From: Candidatus Latescibacterota bacterium
GTDB taxonomy: Bacteria > Latescibacterota > UBA2968 > GCA-2709665
Assembly: GCA_965219995.1 (NCBI GenBank)
Contig: CBDCOX010000002.1
Location: forward strand, 4,224,001 to 4,288,000
Length of the DNA stretch: 64,000 bases
Direction: 5' to 3'
In this document: piece by piece, positions 1-9,655 of the stretch
Layout of the letters: each line of letters begins with the position of its first letter
How positions within the stretch are numbered: position 1 is the first letter of the stretch
Translations under genes and position numbers: made by a program
The notes under the pieces: generated by a model
Databases searched by the model: none
Told to the model about the DNA's origin: nothing
The model's input: only the letters and a program-made list of their open reading frames with translations

Positions 1-632
1 ATGACTGTCCTGGTCGCCTCTTTGTGTTCGGGGGTGTATTCGCGTTCCGTGTAGAGATTCTTCGCGTTCTTGTACTCTGCTCGGTGGTCCAGGCGAGGGA
101 CAACGCCGAATTTTTCCAACATTCCACGAATGAATGGGGTCTCTGCAATAAGGCCGGTAAGCCCGACGACTCCCGATGGTTGGAGAAAAATCTCGTCGAA
201 AGCCGTTGCCAGATAATAGGCGCCGTTGCCCGGGCCGAACTCGCCGAAGGTCTCCGCGTAGGCAACCGCGGGTTTGCCGCTCTCGCCGAAGGCATGCACG
301 GCGTCACGCACCTCCTGCAGGCGCGCGAGACCCATGCCGCTGTTTCCCACCCTTGCCAGAAGCGCTACAACGCGTTCGTCGGATGCGGCGCGGTGAAGGC
401 CCTCCACCAGGTCCCGCACGGTCATTGCATCGGGAAACAATACCTCGGCGATCGGATTGCCTGGAACGTATTCTGGAAGATTCCGTTCAAGGTTCACTTC
501 CACGACCGTGACTCCCGGCACCGGTTCATCTTCCTTGTAGAGCAGCGTGATGGCGACTGCCGCGATGACGATGACAAGCAGTGTGGCCACGCCGCCAATG
601 ATGGCGAAAACTTTGATTGCGATCCGCTTCAT
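1..632 (-). CDS. sppA: Signal peptide peptidase SppA (protease IV, long form), N-terminal part; runs off the window edge
   Basis: Not in the ORF track. Manual minus-strand translation from ATG 632 (GGAGG RBS) gives MKRIAIKVFAIIGGVATLLVIVIAAVAITLL (TM anchor)...LHRAASDERVVALL...LQEVRDAVHAFGESGKPAVAYAE...AYYLATAFDEIFLQPSGVVGLTGL...FIRGMLEKFGV...AEYKNA, which are SppA motifs. Confidence 0.9.
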   Translation of the reverse strand, partial: MKRIAIKVFAIIGGVATLLVIVIAAVAITLLYKEDEPVPGVTVVEVNLERNLPEYVPGNPIAEVLFPDAMTVRDLVEGLHRAASDERVVALLARVGNSGMGLARLQEVRDAVHAFGESGKPAVAYAETFGEFGPGNGAYYLATAFDEIFLQPSGVVGLTGLIAETPFIRGMLEKFGVVPRLDHRAEYKNAKNLYTEREYTPEHKEATRTV

Positions 633-671
633 GACAAGCCTCCGTCGGGAGAGATTCTCTGGCCTTGCGGC

Positions 672-932
672 TCAGGCGCCCAGTCGCCGCTCAACTTCCC
701 AACCGGGAAAGACCAGGACGGCCGGATGGCACATTAACGCCCGCGCCAGCACCTTGGCGCGCTCGACGCCAAGCCTTATGCGCCCGTTCTCGATGGCCGA
801 TATTGTGGGCTGGGGAATTCCGGTGCGTCTGGCGAGTTCATTCTGGCTGAGCTTCTGAAGTTCGCGGACCGTGCGGACAGATTCTCCGACGGTTACGGCC
901 ACGCGTTTCTGCGCTTTTCGATGTTTTCCCAT
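672..932 (-). CDS. XRE-family HTH antitoxin (HigA-like)
   Basis: VRELQKLSQNELARRTGIPQPTISAIENG HTH; lies directly downstream of a RelE/HigB-like gene; GGAGG RBS before ATG 932. Confidence 0.85.
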   Translation of the reverse strand: MGKHRKAQKRVAVTVGESVRTVRELQKLSQNELARRTGIPQPTISAIENGRIRLGVERAKVLARALMCHPAVLVFPGWEVERRLGA

Positions 933-949
933 TTCATTCCCTCCCGCGA

Positions 950-1210
950 TCACCTGACCAGTATTGCCCTCACACGGATCTCCCGCTTCGTGACTCTGTA
1001 GACGACAAGACATCCGGCGCTGAACCGGGACTGCCGCCGACCCTTTTTCTTCCCCGGTGCGGACTCGTCAACGAACCCTTCGATGTACCCGACGCCTTCC
1101 GGTCCGGAAAGGGATACGATATCCTTCCAGGTCTCGTATCGTATGAGGGCTTTCCGCGGGAGGGTGTCGATCTGCCTGCCAACCCTGCGATGTTCGACGA
1201 CGGTCCACAT
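950..1210 (-). CDS. RelE/HigB-like mRNA interferase, diverged and possibly inactive
   Basis: MWTVVEHRRV...RYETWKDIVSLSGPEG...GFVDE...RQSR...VVYRV resembles RelE/HigB toxins; toxin-first order with the HTH gene. Confidence 0.65.
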   Translation of the reverse strand: MWTVVEHRRVGRQIDTLPRKALIRYETWKDIVSLSGPEGVGYIEGFVDESAPGKKKGRRQSRFSAGCLVVYRVTKREIRVRAILVR

Positions 1211-1217
1211 ATTAAAT

Positions 1218-1245
1218 AATATATAGTCTAAAGACAATATGACAA
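1218..1245 (-). promoter_or_regulatory. Putative sigma70 promoter for a leaderless TA transcript
   Basis: Minus strand reads TTGTCA-N16-TATATT-atttaat-ATG(1210); no RBS between the -10 box and the ATG. Confidence 0.45.
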
Positions 1246-1443
1246 TGCAATTCGAATATGCGTTCTTTCCCGTAAATCGATCGCCGGGATTCGGCATACA
1301 AAAAGCAGCAATGACAAAAGACAGCTCACACAGAGACACGAAGACACAAAGGGAAAGTCAGCGACCAATACCACCTTTTCAGTCCTTTTCGGAAGCTTTC
1401 TCCGCAGTGCCGGCTTGATGGATTTTTCGATTGAAGGCAAATT

Positions 1444-1570
1444 GCCACAAGAGGCACAAAAACTGCTTTCCTGTAACAGGGCGTATCGCCGAAAAACAGG
1501 GAAATATCCGCAGGGCCACATCATTACGACACACTCCGTTTCGCAGCCATACCCTTTGTGCCTTTTGTGC
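1444..1570. repeat. Imperfect inverted repeat of REP-like type
   Basis: gccacaagaggcacaaaa (1444-1461) is roughly complementary to tttgtgccttttgtgc (1555-1570); a related low-complexity unit cacacagagacacgaagacacaaag lies at about 1327-1351. Confidence 0.5.
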
Positions 1571-1744
1571 TTTTTCTGGCCAGTTTGACGGTTGTCGTTT
1601 TTCGAATTGAGGTTAGGTATCTTGCCGTTGGAGATTATCCTCCTGGCGGCTTCTTCTTTGTCCCTTTTCGGTTGACAAGAGCCGATGGTACCGTGCATGT
1701 TTATTGTTGTATCCGGTTGTACCGAATTCGACGCTGAGGTCAAT

Positions 1745-2716
1745 ATGGGCGATATTCTCAAGGTGGAGCATCTGGAGGCCGAGCCGGGGCAGCGGAAGGA
1801 CGGCTTTCTCACGGTGGGAGAAATGAAGGATAACTCTCCCGTGCGCCTTCCGGTTGTATTGGTGAACGGTGCGGAGCCTGGTCGCACGCTGTACCTGCAG
1901 GCGACCAGCGACGGCGACGAACTGAACGGTATCGCGGTGATCAGGCGGGTCCTGAAGCGGCTGGACCCGGCCGCCCTCAAGGGCAGGGTGATTGCTACCC
2001 TGATCGTGAACTTTCATGCCTTTCACGCCGGCGAGTCCCTGAATCCCGTGGACGGGAAGAAGATGAACCGGTGTTTTCCGGGTCGCAAGGAAGGTACGTC
2101 GAGCGAGCGCGTGGCGCATCGACTGTTCCATCGCGCGGTGAAACAGTCAGATCTCTGTATCGATCTCCATCAGGGCGGCGTTCGGCCCATGATTGACGAG
2201 GTCCGGGTGCGGGTGGACAGGCGAAAACGCATTCACAGGGCTTGTATGGAAATGGCCCGCGTGTTCGACGTCGGGTTCATTCTGGATTGCCGGGGCCCGG
2301 ACGGACAGCTGGCGCGAGCGGCGCCGGATGAAGGCATTCCCACGATCGATCCGGAACTGGGAGGATGCCACGGATGGGATGAAGGCAGCATTCGGAAGGG
2401 CGTCGCGGGCGTGGAGAACATCCTGAGGCACTACGGGTTGGTCGAAGGACGGCCGCGGACGCCCCGGCGACAGACCGTGGTGGACGGCTTCCTGTCGGTC
2501 ATCGCCGCCAGGGGCGGCTTCGTTGAGTATCGGGCCGCTCTGTACGACCATCTGCAGAAAGGGGACCCCGTGGCCGAAGTGACCGATCCCTTCGGCAGGG
2601 TACTCGAAACGGTTTACGCCCCGCAGGAGTCCGTCTTCTGGGCGCGGCCGCTGCGGCCGATGGTCGCTACCGGCGAGCCGCTGGCCATGCTCGGGAAGAA
2701 TATACGGTACGTGTAA
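1745..2716 (+). CDS. Succinylglutamate desuccinylase/aspartoacylase family (M14-like) peptidase
   Basis: SDGDELNG, MNRCFPG, CIDLHQGG and PELGG motifs; C-terminal biotinyl-like fold segment; GAGGT RBS before ATG 1745. Confidence 0.9.
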   Translation: MGDILKVEHLEAEPGQRKDGFLTVGEMKDNSPVRLPVVLVNGAEPGRTLYLQATSDGDELNGIAVIRRVLKRLDPAALKGRVIATLIVNFHAFHAGESLNPVDGKKMNRCFPGRKEGTSSERVAHRLFHRAVKQSDLCIDLHQGGVRPMIDEVRVRVDRRKRIHRACMEMARVFDVGFILDCRGPDGQLARAAPDEGIPTIDPELGGCHGWDEGSIRKGVAGVENILRHYGLVEGRPRTPRRQTVVDGFLSVIAARGGFVEYRAALYDHLQKGDPVAEVTDPFGRVLETVYAPQESVFWARPLRPMVATGEPLAMLGKNIRYV

Positions 2717-2742
2717 TCGGCCGCCGGGATGGCGCCTGCTGA

Positions 2743-3006
2743 CTAATCGTGCGCGGGTCTGGCCTCGTCGATCCGTTCGCGGACAAGGGGCCGGATGTAA
2801 ACGTCGTCAAGAGGTAGGCGGGCGAATGCCCGCGCGAAGATCTCAATGTGGGTCCGGACGTCCGGGCCGCGGTTCAGAATGAAGCGCCGCTCTCCGCGTA
2901 CCACGCACAGGCCCCCTTCGCCGCCTTCGAGATTGGCATAGGTGACGGGAATGTCCAGTCGTTCGGCGAGGGCTTCGAATTCCTGCAGTAACTGGGTGTC
3001 GGTCAT
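2743..3006 (-). CDS. Small hypothetical protein (87 aa), ImmA/IrrE-like N-terminal pattern without HExxH
   Basis: MTDTQLLQEFEALAERLDIPVTYANLEGGEGGLCVVRGERRFILN is the only protein-like part of the long 2743..4089 ORF. Confidence 0.7.
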   Translation of the reverse strand: MTDTQLLQEFEALAERLDIPVTYANLEGGEGGLCVVRGERRFILNRGPDVRTHIEIFARAFARLPLDDVYIRPLVRERIDEARPAHD

Positions 3007-3198
3007 ATCGCAGTGATTGTAGTTGCAAGGCTTGCGACAGACGGGCGGGGCAGGCATAGGGAGTGCAGCGTTAACGGCTGCAATATAACCCACCCGGCAA
3101 CGCCATCCAATGGCGAAGCGCAAGGCCGGGGAGCGACGCCCGAGGGCGAGTATGCCCCGCGTTGGCTGTAAATGCCACCCGGGCGTTTCCTCAGGACA

Positions 3199-3993
3199 AT
3201 GATGGACCTCAAGCCATTTACAGGACCGAAATCCTTCGGTAGAGCCTACCGGACGATGCTCGAAAACGATCCTCACGCCGCAGGAAGCGTCGATCTTGAG
3301 ATCATGTCCGGCATGATCAGGCTCTGCCGCGAAACCGCTCCCTATCTTTATCGCGACTACACGGACCTGAACACAGGCTATCCGGCGGGGTCCCGACCGG
3401 TTCTGGAAGAGTTGCTCTCCGAGGCCGAACTGCCAGTTGGTGATCCTGAGCGCCAAGTGGCCCGGATCGCTGAACTCACTCGAGCCCTGGATCGCGAGGA
3501 TGCGCCCGCCGGGTTGGGCGAAATGAAATTCGGAGGAACTGAAGAGGAGATAATCGCGAGGGGAACGGATTGGTGTACCGACGTGGCGCGGGTAGGCTGC
3601 GTGCTGTATCAGGTTGCCGGCTTCCCGAGTCGCATCGTGAGTCTCTTCAATCTCGACGCGGCCTACAGCGGACATGTCATCGTGGAAACGCATCGGCTCG
3701 GAGCCTGGGGCGCCGTCGACACGAACTCGGGGGTTGTCTATCGGAAGGGCGACGGACGGCCTGCAACGACGTGGGACCTGATAAACGACGCGGAAGTGGT
3801 CAAACGGCACGATGCGCAGCCGTCTCAGTTCACCGGAGCCGGGATCGCCAACTACCGTTTGACGGATTCGGATTCTCATGGCTATACGGTGTCCGGGTTG
3901 AACGACTACTACCGCACGATTCTGTCCATGGCCGAACAGGGCTGGCCGGGCGGCCTTCGCTGGCTTCATGGAGAGGCTGGTGAACGATGCTAA
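3199..3993 (+). CDS. Transglutaminase-like domain protein
   Basis: Cys-His-Asp triad pattern: WCTDVAR...AGFPSRIV...SGHVIVE...WGAVD. Confidence 0.8.
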   Translation: MMDLKPFTGPKSFGRAYRTMLENDPHAAGSVDLEIMSGMIRLCRETAPYLYRDYTDLNTGYPAGSRPVLEELLSEAELPVGDPERQVARIAELTRALDREDAPAGLGEMKFGGTEEEIIARGTDWCTDVARVGCVLYQVAGFPSRIVSLFNLDAAYSGHVIVETHRLGAWGAVDTNSGVVYRKGDGRPATTWDLINDAEVVKRHDAQPSQFTGAGIANYRLTDSDSHGYTVSGLNDYYRTILSMAEQGWPGGLRWLHGEAGERC

Positions 3994-4133
3994 GGTTCGA
4001 ATTCCGCGGGAACCCTTGACAATTCCACCCGGTTCTTCTACGTTATCGAAGGAGGTACCAAAGACACCTTTGTTTTTGTTCAAGCGCACAAATCTCCGAT
4101 TATCGCTTCTGTCATCATTGTTGGCGGGGCGGC

Positions 4134-4448
4134 ATGGATTCTTTACAGACTGAGCGCATCGCAGCCAGAGCCGCGGACATTTTCGTTACAGACGATTCAT
4201 TGACTGTAGATTTCGTCGACGGTCGGAGTATATCGGTACCATTGGCGTGGTATCCACGACTCGTTCACGGCACTCCGCAAGAACGTGCCAATTGGAGAAT
4301 TGTCGGAAACGGAGAAGGTTTTCACTGGCCGGACCTGGACGAGGACCTTAGTGTGGAAGGTCTGCTTCTGGGCAGGACTTCCGGTGAAAGCCAGCGATCT
4401 TTTCAACGATGGCTGGTCGAACGTGCGAAAGACCCTGAACGATCTTAA
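4134..4448 (+). CDS. DUF2442 domain protein (putative TA component, orphan)
   Basis: DGRSISVPLAWYPRLVHGTPQERANW...GFHWPDLDEDLSVEGLL signature. Confidence 0.85.
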   Translation: MDSLQTERIAARAADIFVTDDSLTVDFVDGRSISVPLAWYPRLVHGTPQERANWRIVGNGEGFHWPDLDEDLSVEGLLLGRTSGESQRSFQRWLVERAKDPERS

Positions 4449-4650
4449 CTTGTCAAATGGCGTTTTCCCTCTGTACAAAACCACCCGGCAGAAACGTCAT
4501 CACTCGTTGTTCTACGTTCATTCGGCGCCTCGGTGACGCAAGACGATTCCTCGCGATTGCCGCCGAAACAGTTACTGCATAAGGCATCACATTGATCTTA
4601 CCCTTGATTACTCACCTCGGAATAACCCCGCAACGTCTCAGTACTCCCGA

Positions 4651-5265
4651 ATGAATAACCAGAGCCTTCCTCGCTGCGTCATCTTCGACCTGTCTGAAGT
4701 TTTCATCGCGGGGCTCCCCGGCGTCGAGAAACGTATTTCCAGGAAACTCTCGATTCCCGAAGACGGTCTTTTGGAGTATTTCGGTGGAGACCCGCTGTCC
4801 CAGGTCCTGGAAGGGCGAGTTTCGGAAGCATCATACCTGGAAGGGATTCTGGATCGAACGGGGTGGAACCTGGATCTGGTGTCGCTCAAGCGAATGCTCA
4901 GGGAGAACTTCCACGTCCAGATCGAGGGGTCTCTCGACATCCTGCGCGAGGTGGCGAGGACCCATCCCGTCGCCATGCTGTCGGACCACGTACGGGAGTG
5001 GGTTCGCTACATCGAGTCGATTCATTCGTTTCTGGATCTATTCGACGAGAGGTTCTATTCCTGCGACCTGGGCAAAACCAAGTACGACCCGACCGTTTTT
5101 CGCGATGTTCTCAATCTACTGGGTTACGATCCACAAGAATGTCTGTTTGTCGACGACCGGATCCAGAACGTGAGAAACGCGGAGTCGGTCGGCCTGCCGT
5201 CCATCCACTTTCGCGACGCCGTGCAATTGCGCGGCGATCTTGAGAGCAGACAGGTCCTGTCCTGA
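4651..5265 (+). CDS. HAD-superfamily hydrolase
   Basis: VIFDLSEVF motif I-like, MLSD, KTKYDP and LFVDDRIQNV motif IV. Confidence 0.85.
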   Translation: MNNQSLPRCVIFDLSEVFIAGLPGVEKRISRKLSIPEDGLLEYFGGDPLSQVLEGRVSEASYLEGILDRTGWNLDLVSLKRMLRENFHVQIEGSLDILREVARTHPVAMLSDHVREWVRYIESIHSFLDLFDERFYSCDLGKTKYDPTVFRDVLNLLGYDPQECLFVDDRIQNVRNAESVGLPSIHFRDAVQLRGDLESRQVLS

Positions 5266-5371
5266 TGTCGCTGACGAAAATGCGGGCGCAACAGTTGTCA
5301 CGGATGACGCGAATCGGCGGGTTACCCCCAATCCAATTTACTATACCCACTCATTTCGCAAAGGCAACGCG

Positions 5372-6259
5372 TTGATTGACATTATCTCCCACGACAACGC
5401 CGACGATCTGATTTCTCATACCGCCGCGTACCTGGAATTGAACGAGAGTGAGCACAGCCTGCCGCTCGGCTTGATGTACGGGCTTGCCGGGAGTCCGCAA
5501 TGCGACGACGACCGTCCACCGCTGCTGGTGAGTATCGCGGAACGGGGACGGGCGATCGGCATGGCGATTATGACGCAGGGAAGAAAGCTTGTCCTGAGCA
5601 GAATCGATGCGGGTATCGAGGATGCGGTGGATCGTCTGATTTGCCATTTGCGCACAAACGACATCTCCATACCCGGTGTTGTCGGTCCGTCGGCGGAAGC
5701 TCGCGCCTTTTCCAACGGCTGGGCCGGAACCGCGAACGGCATCTCTTCCAGCCTCGCCATGAGTATGCGTGTGTTCGAAATCAGAGAGGTCGCGGCCGTG
5801 CCTCTCTCGGAGGGGGAACTGCGGCGGGCGGGGATGGACGATCACGCCGTTATGACGCGTTGGATTGCCGAATTCTCCGAGGCGATCGGTGAAACCGCGG
5901 ACTTTGAGGCCGCCGCTCGCGGCGCCACGCGATATATCCAGGCTGAACAACTGTATATATGGGATTACGAGGGGCCGGTTTCGATGGCCAAGACCTCACA
6001 TTCGACCAGAAACGGCATCAACATCAATGGGGTGTACACGCCTGCCGGGCATCGTAATAAGGGATACGCGACTTCCTGCGTCTGGGCGCTGACGAGAGAA
6101 CTGCTCTCGGACCGCCATTCGTTCTGCAGTCTGTTTACAGATCTGTTAAATCCCACCTCGAACAGCATCTACACCAAAATCGGCTACAGGCCGGTGGGCG
6201 ACGCGCTGGCGTTTGATTTTTCGGATTCCGGTTCCGAAAGGCCTGATTTGTCTGCTTGA
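5372..6259 (+). CDS. GNAT-family acetyltransferase
   Basis: INGVYTPAGHRNKGYA acetyl-CoA motif and LFTDLLNPTSNSIYTKIGY; start uncertain (TTG 5372 chosen). Confidence 0.85.
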   Translation: MIDIISHDNADDLISHTAAYLELNESEHSLPLGLMYGLAGSPQCDDDRPPLLVSIAERGRAIGMAIMTQGRKLVLSRIDAGIEDAVDRLICHLRTNDISIPGVVGPSAEARAFSNGWAGTANGISSSLAMSMRVFEIREVAAVPLSEGELRRAGMDDHAVMTRWIAEFSEAIGETADFEAAARGATRYIQAEQLYIWDYEGPVSMAKTSHSTRNGININGVYTPAGHRNKGYATSCVWALTRELLSDRHSFCSLFTDLLNPTSNSIYTKIGYRPVGDALAFDFSDSGSERPDLSA

Positions 6260-6330
6260 AGCGTCGATTCCGTGCATAACCGACTTGCGCGCAACAGATA
6301 CAGACACGATTCGAGAAAATGGAGTGCGGT

Positions 6331-7485
6331 ATGACGTACGATCTGCTCATCCGTGGAGGGACGCTGGTCGATCCGGCGGCGGGCCTGAGCACTGCGCGGG
6401 ACGTGGGTTTCGCGGCGGGGAGGGTTGCAGCCGTCGGGGAGCGCCTCGACAGGGGCGGGGCCCGGGAGGTGATCGACGCCACGGGTTGCGTGGTGACGCC
6501 CGGGCTGATCGATCTCCACGTCCATGTGTTTCCCGGTGTCAGTCATTATGGCATCGAACCGGATCCCACGTGTCTCGCTCGCGGCGCCACGACCGTGGTC
6601 GATGCGGGTTCCGCGGGCGCCGATATCTTCCCGGGTTTCCGGAAATACGTGATCGACGTGAGCGAGACGCGGATTCTGGCGCAGATGAACATTTCGTCTC
6701 AGGGCATGCTGACTGAAGAGATCGGAGAGTTCGAGATTCCCGAATACGCGGACGTTGACAAGGCCTGCCGGATGATCGAGCGGCACCGCGACGTCGTTCT
6801 CGGTGTGAAGGTCCGGCTTACCCGGCATACAATCGTCAGCGAGCGGTCAGGAATGCTCCCCCTTCACCGGGCGAGGGAGGCGGCAGACGCGGCGGGTCTG
6901 CCCATCATGGTGCATCCTCAGGACGCATGGTGCAATTCAATCGACGACATTCTTAAGGTGATGAAGGGCGGAGACATATTAACGCATTGCTATCACGACT
7001 TTCCGTGCGGGATTCTGGATGGCGAGGGTCGTGTCCGGGATTCGGTTCAGGAAGCGATTGCAGAGGGTATTGTGTTCGACGTGGGGCACGGCGCGGGCTC
7101 CTTTTCATGGGAAGTCGTCGAGAAGGCGCTGTCACGGGACGTCCTCCCAACCACGATTTCATCGGACCTGCACATCTACAATGTGAACGGTCCCGTTTAC
7201 GATCTCGCTTCGGTGGTGACGAAGTTCTTGCATCTGGGCCTGCCGTTGGATGATGCGATCTCCCGCGTGACGTCCGTGCCGGCGGGGATCGTCGGAATGG
7301 AGGGGGAGGTGGGGACGCTGGCGAAAGGTGCGTACGGCGATGCCGTCGTGTTTGAACTGCGGGATGGAGACTTCCGCCTGGAGGACTCGAGAGGGGTCGT
7401 TCGGACGGGCCGCCGGAACCTGGTACCGGTGACCGTTGTCAAGGGCGGCAGGGTCTATACGTCCCGCCGCTCAGCCGAAGCGTGA
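6331..7485 (+). CDS. Amidohydrolase/deacetylase family metallohydrolase (dihydroorotase-like)
   Basis: PGLIDLHVH, VDAGSAG, GVKVR, MVH, THCY, DVGHGAGSF and TISSDLH motifs. Confidence 0.9.
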   Translation: MTYDLLIRGGTLVDPAAGLSTARDVGFAAGRVAAVGERLDRGGAREVIDATGCVVTPGLIDLHVHVFPGVSHYGIEPDPTCLARGATTVVDAGSAGADIFPGFRKYVIDVSETRILAQMNISSQGMLTEEIGEFEIPEYADVDKACRMIERHRDVVLGVKVRLTRHTIVSERSGMLPLHRAREAADAAGLPIMVHPQDAWCNSIDDILKVMKGGDILTHCYHDFPCGILDGEGRVRDSVQEAIAEGIVFDVGHGAGSFSWEVVEKALSRDVLPTTISSDLHIYNVNGPVYDLASVVTKFLHLGLPLDDAISRVTSVPAGIVGMEGEVGTLAKGAYGDAVVFELRDGDFRLEDSRGVVRTGRRNLVPVTVVKGGRVYTSRRSAEA

Positions 7486-7500
7486 CGTGAGGTAACAGCC

Positions 7501-8229
7501 GTGAGTCAAAAATCCCGAAGCGCGCAATTCGCGTTGCGCGCCGGCGACTACGACCGACTCCAGCCGGTGCGTATCGAAATGTACGAATTCTACCACAGTC
7601 TGGCCCTGGACTTCATGCCTTTCGAGACCGGGGAGGAATTTCGTATGCTCGATCTCGGATGCGGAACGGGCACTTTTGTCAAACGTATCCTCGATCAGTA
7701 TCCAGGGGCAACCTGTGTCGCCGTCGACTTTTCAGATGAGATGATGGGAATCGCTTCGGAGAAAGTGCGTCTGCATGCAGACCGCGTGGAATTTCTGCGG
7801 GGAGATCTCAATGAGGGGGTGCCCGGGGGCCTGGGGTCCTTTCAGCTCGTCAAGTCGTTCTCAGCGATCCATCACCTCACCGATGAGAACAAGGCCCGGA
7901 TTTTCAGGCAGATCTGTAGTGTGCTCGAGACCGATGGGTGGTTCTTCTTCATCGATCCGATGTCCATCCGTTTTGACGACGACGTATTCCGGCTGGGACG
8001 GCGACGGCACGTGCGCCGCCGAAACGAGAGATTCGAAAGAGCGGGTATTGATATTGAAGAGGCGGACCGGGTTGATGCGATCGTCGGTCAGACCGGGATA
8101 GACAGCCCTGAGAAGGATCGGATATCCGGTTTTTCCGCGCAAGTCGATTGGCTGAAGAAGGCGGGATTTCGGTCAGTCGATCACATCTGGCATTTCTGGA
8201 TGGAGCACTTCGTGATCTGCAGGAAGTAG
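7501..8229 (+). CDS. Class I SAM-dependent methyltransferase
   Basis: MLDLGCGTG, AVDFS and AIHHL motifs. Confidence 0.9.
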   Translation: MSQKSRSAQFALRAGDYDRLQPVRIEMYEFYHSLALDFMPFETGEEFRMLDLGCGTGTFVKRILDQYPGATCVAVDFSDEMMGIASEKVRLHADRVEFLRGDLNEGVPGGLGSFQLVKSFSAIHHLTDENKARIFRQICSVLETDGWFFFIDPMSIRFDDDVFRLGRRRHVRRRNERFERAGIDIEEADRVDAIVGQTGIDSPEKDRISGFSAQVDWLKKAGFRSVDHIWHFWMEHFVICRK

Positions 8230-8248
8230 GGGGGTGACCGGGCTTCGA

Positions 8249-9106
8249 TCAATGCATGTGCCAATGGGAAAGCAGCGCCATCAGGGCGATACCGGCAATG
8301 ATCAGCGCAAACTTGGCCATACGGTCGGTGTCTCTCTCCGGCATAGGCACATCGTCGTCACCCGCCAGCGCGCTCAGTACGTATTTCGCCAGACGCATCT
8401 CGCGCGTCGACATCTCGGCATCGATGATTTCAACGGTCGCCACATAGATGAACGTCCCGGCCGCGAGCGCGTTGAAGCTCCCCTCGATAAGAGCAGTGGT
8501 TTCCTCGTTTCCCGCCAGGACGACGCCGGCCAGCAGGCCTGCCAGAACACCCAACGGCGTCATGGAAACGAAAATCGCCAGCATGGACTTCTGTCGACGC
8601 AACCCGATGCCCGCATTATGGACGCTGACCATGAGTGCAAAGGCGGCCGATCCCTTGTGGGAGAGGATCCCGAGCAAGATGACGAACGAGCCCACAACGT
8701 GGGACTCGAGTCCAAGCGAAATACCGGCAATCACCGAGTGGACCGAGAGCAACGCGAGCAGCACGATCGGGTAGAAGGATTGATGAACCCGCAGTTTGTC
8801 CGGCGTCTCGTGCGAGTGATGGTCGCCGTAGATGACGCGATCGATCAGCAGGAGAGCGCCGAGGCCCAGCGCCGCCAGAAGCGCGGCCAGCGGAAACTCC
8901 ACGACCCCTTCCAGCTTTTCCATCCCTTCCGGCAGCAGATGGATGAAACCGACCCCCAGAAAGAGTCCGCCTGCAAACGCGTTGCCCAGTGAAAAGAAAC
9001 GCCGGCTGAATTCATGCCGGGCGGCAAGGAGGGGGATAACGCCGCCGATCACGCCTATTGCCAGGATTGCGAAGGCGGCAAGCAGTTTGAGCGTCAATAG
9101 CGACAT
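8249..9106 (-). CDS. ZIP-family (Zn/Fe) metal transporter
   Basis: GNAFAGGLFLGVGFIHLLPE, His-rich loop DHHSH, SVHSVIAG, SHKG and AAGTFIYV; about 8 TM helices. Confidence 0.9.
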   Translation of the reverse strand: MSLLTLKLLAAFAILAIGVIGGVIPLLAARHEFSRRFFSLGNAFAGGLFLGVGFIHLLPEGMEKLEGVVEFPLAALLAALGLGALLLIDRVIYGDHHSHETPDKLRVHQSFYPIVLLALLSVHSVIAGISLGLESHVVGSFVILLGILSHKGSAAFALMVSVHNAGIGLRRQKSMLAIFVSMTPLGVLAGLLAGVVLAGNEETTALIEGSFNALAAGTFIYVATVEIIDAEMSTREMRLAKYVLSALAGDDDVPMPERDTDRMAKFALIIAGIALMALLSHWHMH

Positions 9107-9287
9107 CAACTCAACGATCTCGAAGATGCGTCAGGTGAGTATCCCGGCGACTCCCGATCGGCTGTGGATATTCCGTTCAGGATCGTGCAAACCAGACGTG
9201 AATCCGTTTCGATTCCCACGCAATATAGAAGTTTCGATGCGTGGAGACCAACTTTTTATTTTCTGATCGGCAGGAGGAGGCGTATCG

Positions 9288-9632
9288 ATGAACATCAGAA
9301 GATACCCGGGAAGGGCCGTGGGCCGCAGCGAATCCGTCGAACACAATGGCATCGTGTATACGGCCGTCATCGCGGCGGACCTGACAGCGGACTTCGGGGA
9401 GCAGACCCGGCAGGCGCTTGCGCAGTTGGACGCGAATCTCACTGAGGCCGGATCGGACAGAACGCGACTCCTTTCCGCGACGGTCTACATCACGGATATG
9501 GCCAGGAAACCCGTCCTCAACGAAATCTGGGACGCGTGGATCGGGCCGGACAACTGGCCGCAGCGCGCCTGCGTGGAGGTCGGATTGGAGGGAAATACTC
9601 TTGTGGAGATCGTCGCGGTCGCCGCGAAATAG
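9288..9632 (+). CDS. RidA/YjgF family protein
   Basis: QTRQALAQLD, ATVYITDM, NEIWDAW, PQRACV and LVEIVAVAA; GGAGG RBS. Confidence 0.9.
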   Translation: MNIRRYPGRAVGRSESVEHNGIVYTAVIAADLTADFGEQTRQALAQLDANLTEAGSDRTRLLSATVYITDMARKPVLNEIWDAWIGPDNWPQRACVEVGLEGNTLVEIVAVAAK

Positions 9633-9655
9633 GCGGAGCAATCGGAGCGGGAAAG

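Noticed and set aside
24-737. 237-aa plus-strand ORF
   Set aside because: Antisense shadow of sppA, which has clear motifs on the minus strand.
3007-4089. N-terminal 360 aa of the 448-aa minus-strand ORF
   Set aside because: Antisense to the transglutaminase-like gene; only the last 87 codons look like a real protein.
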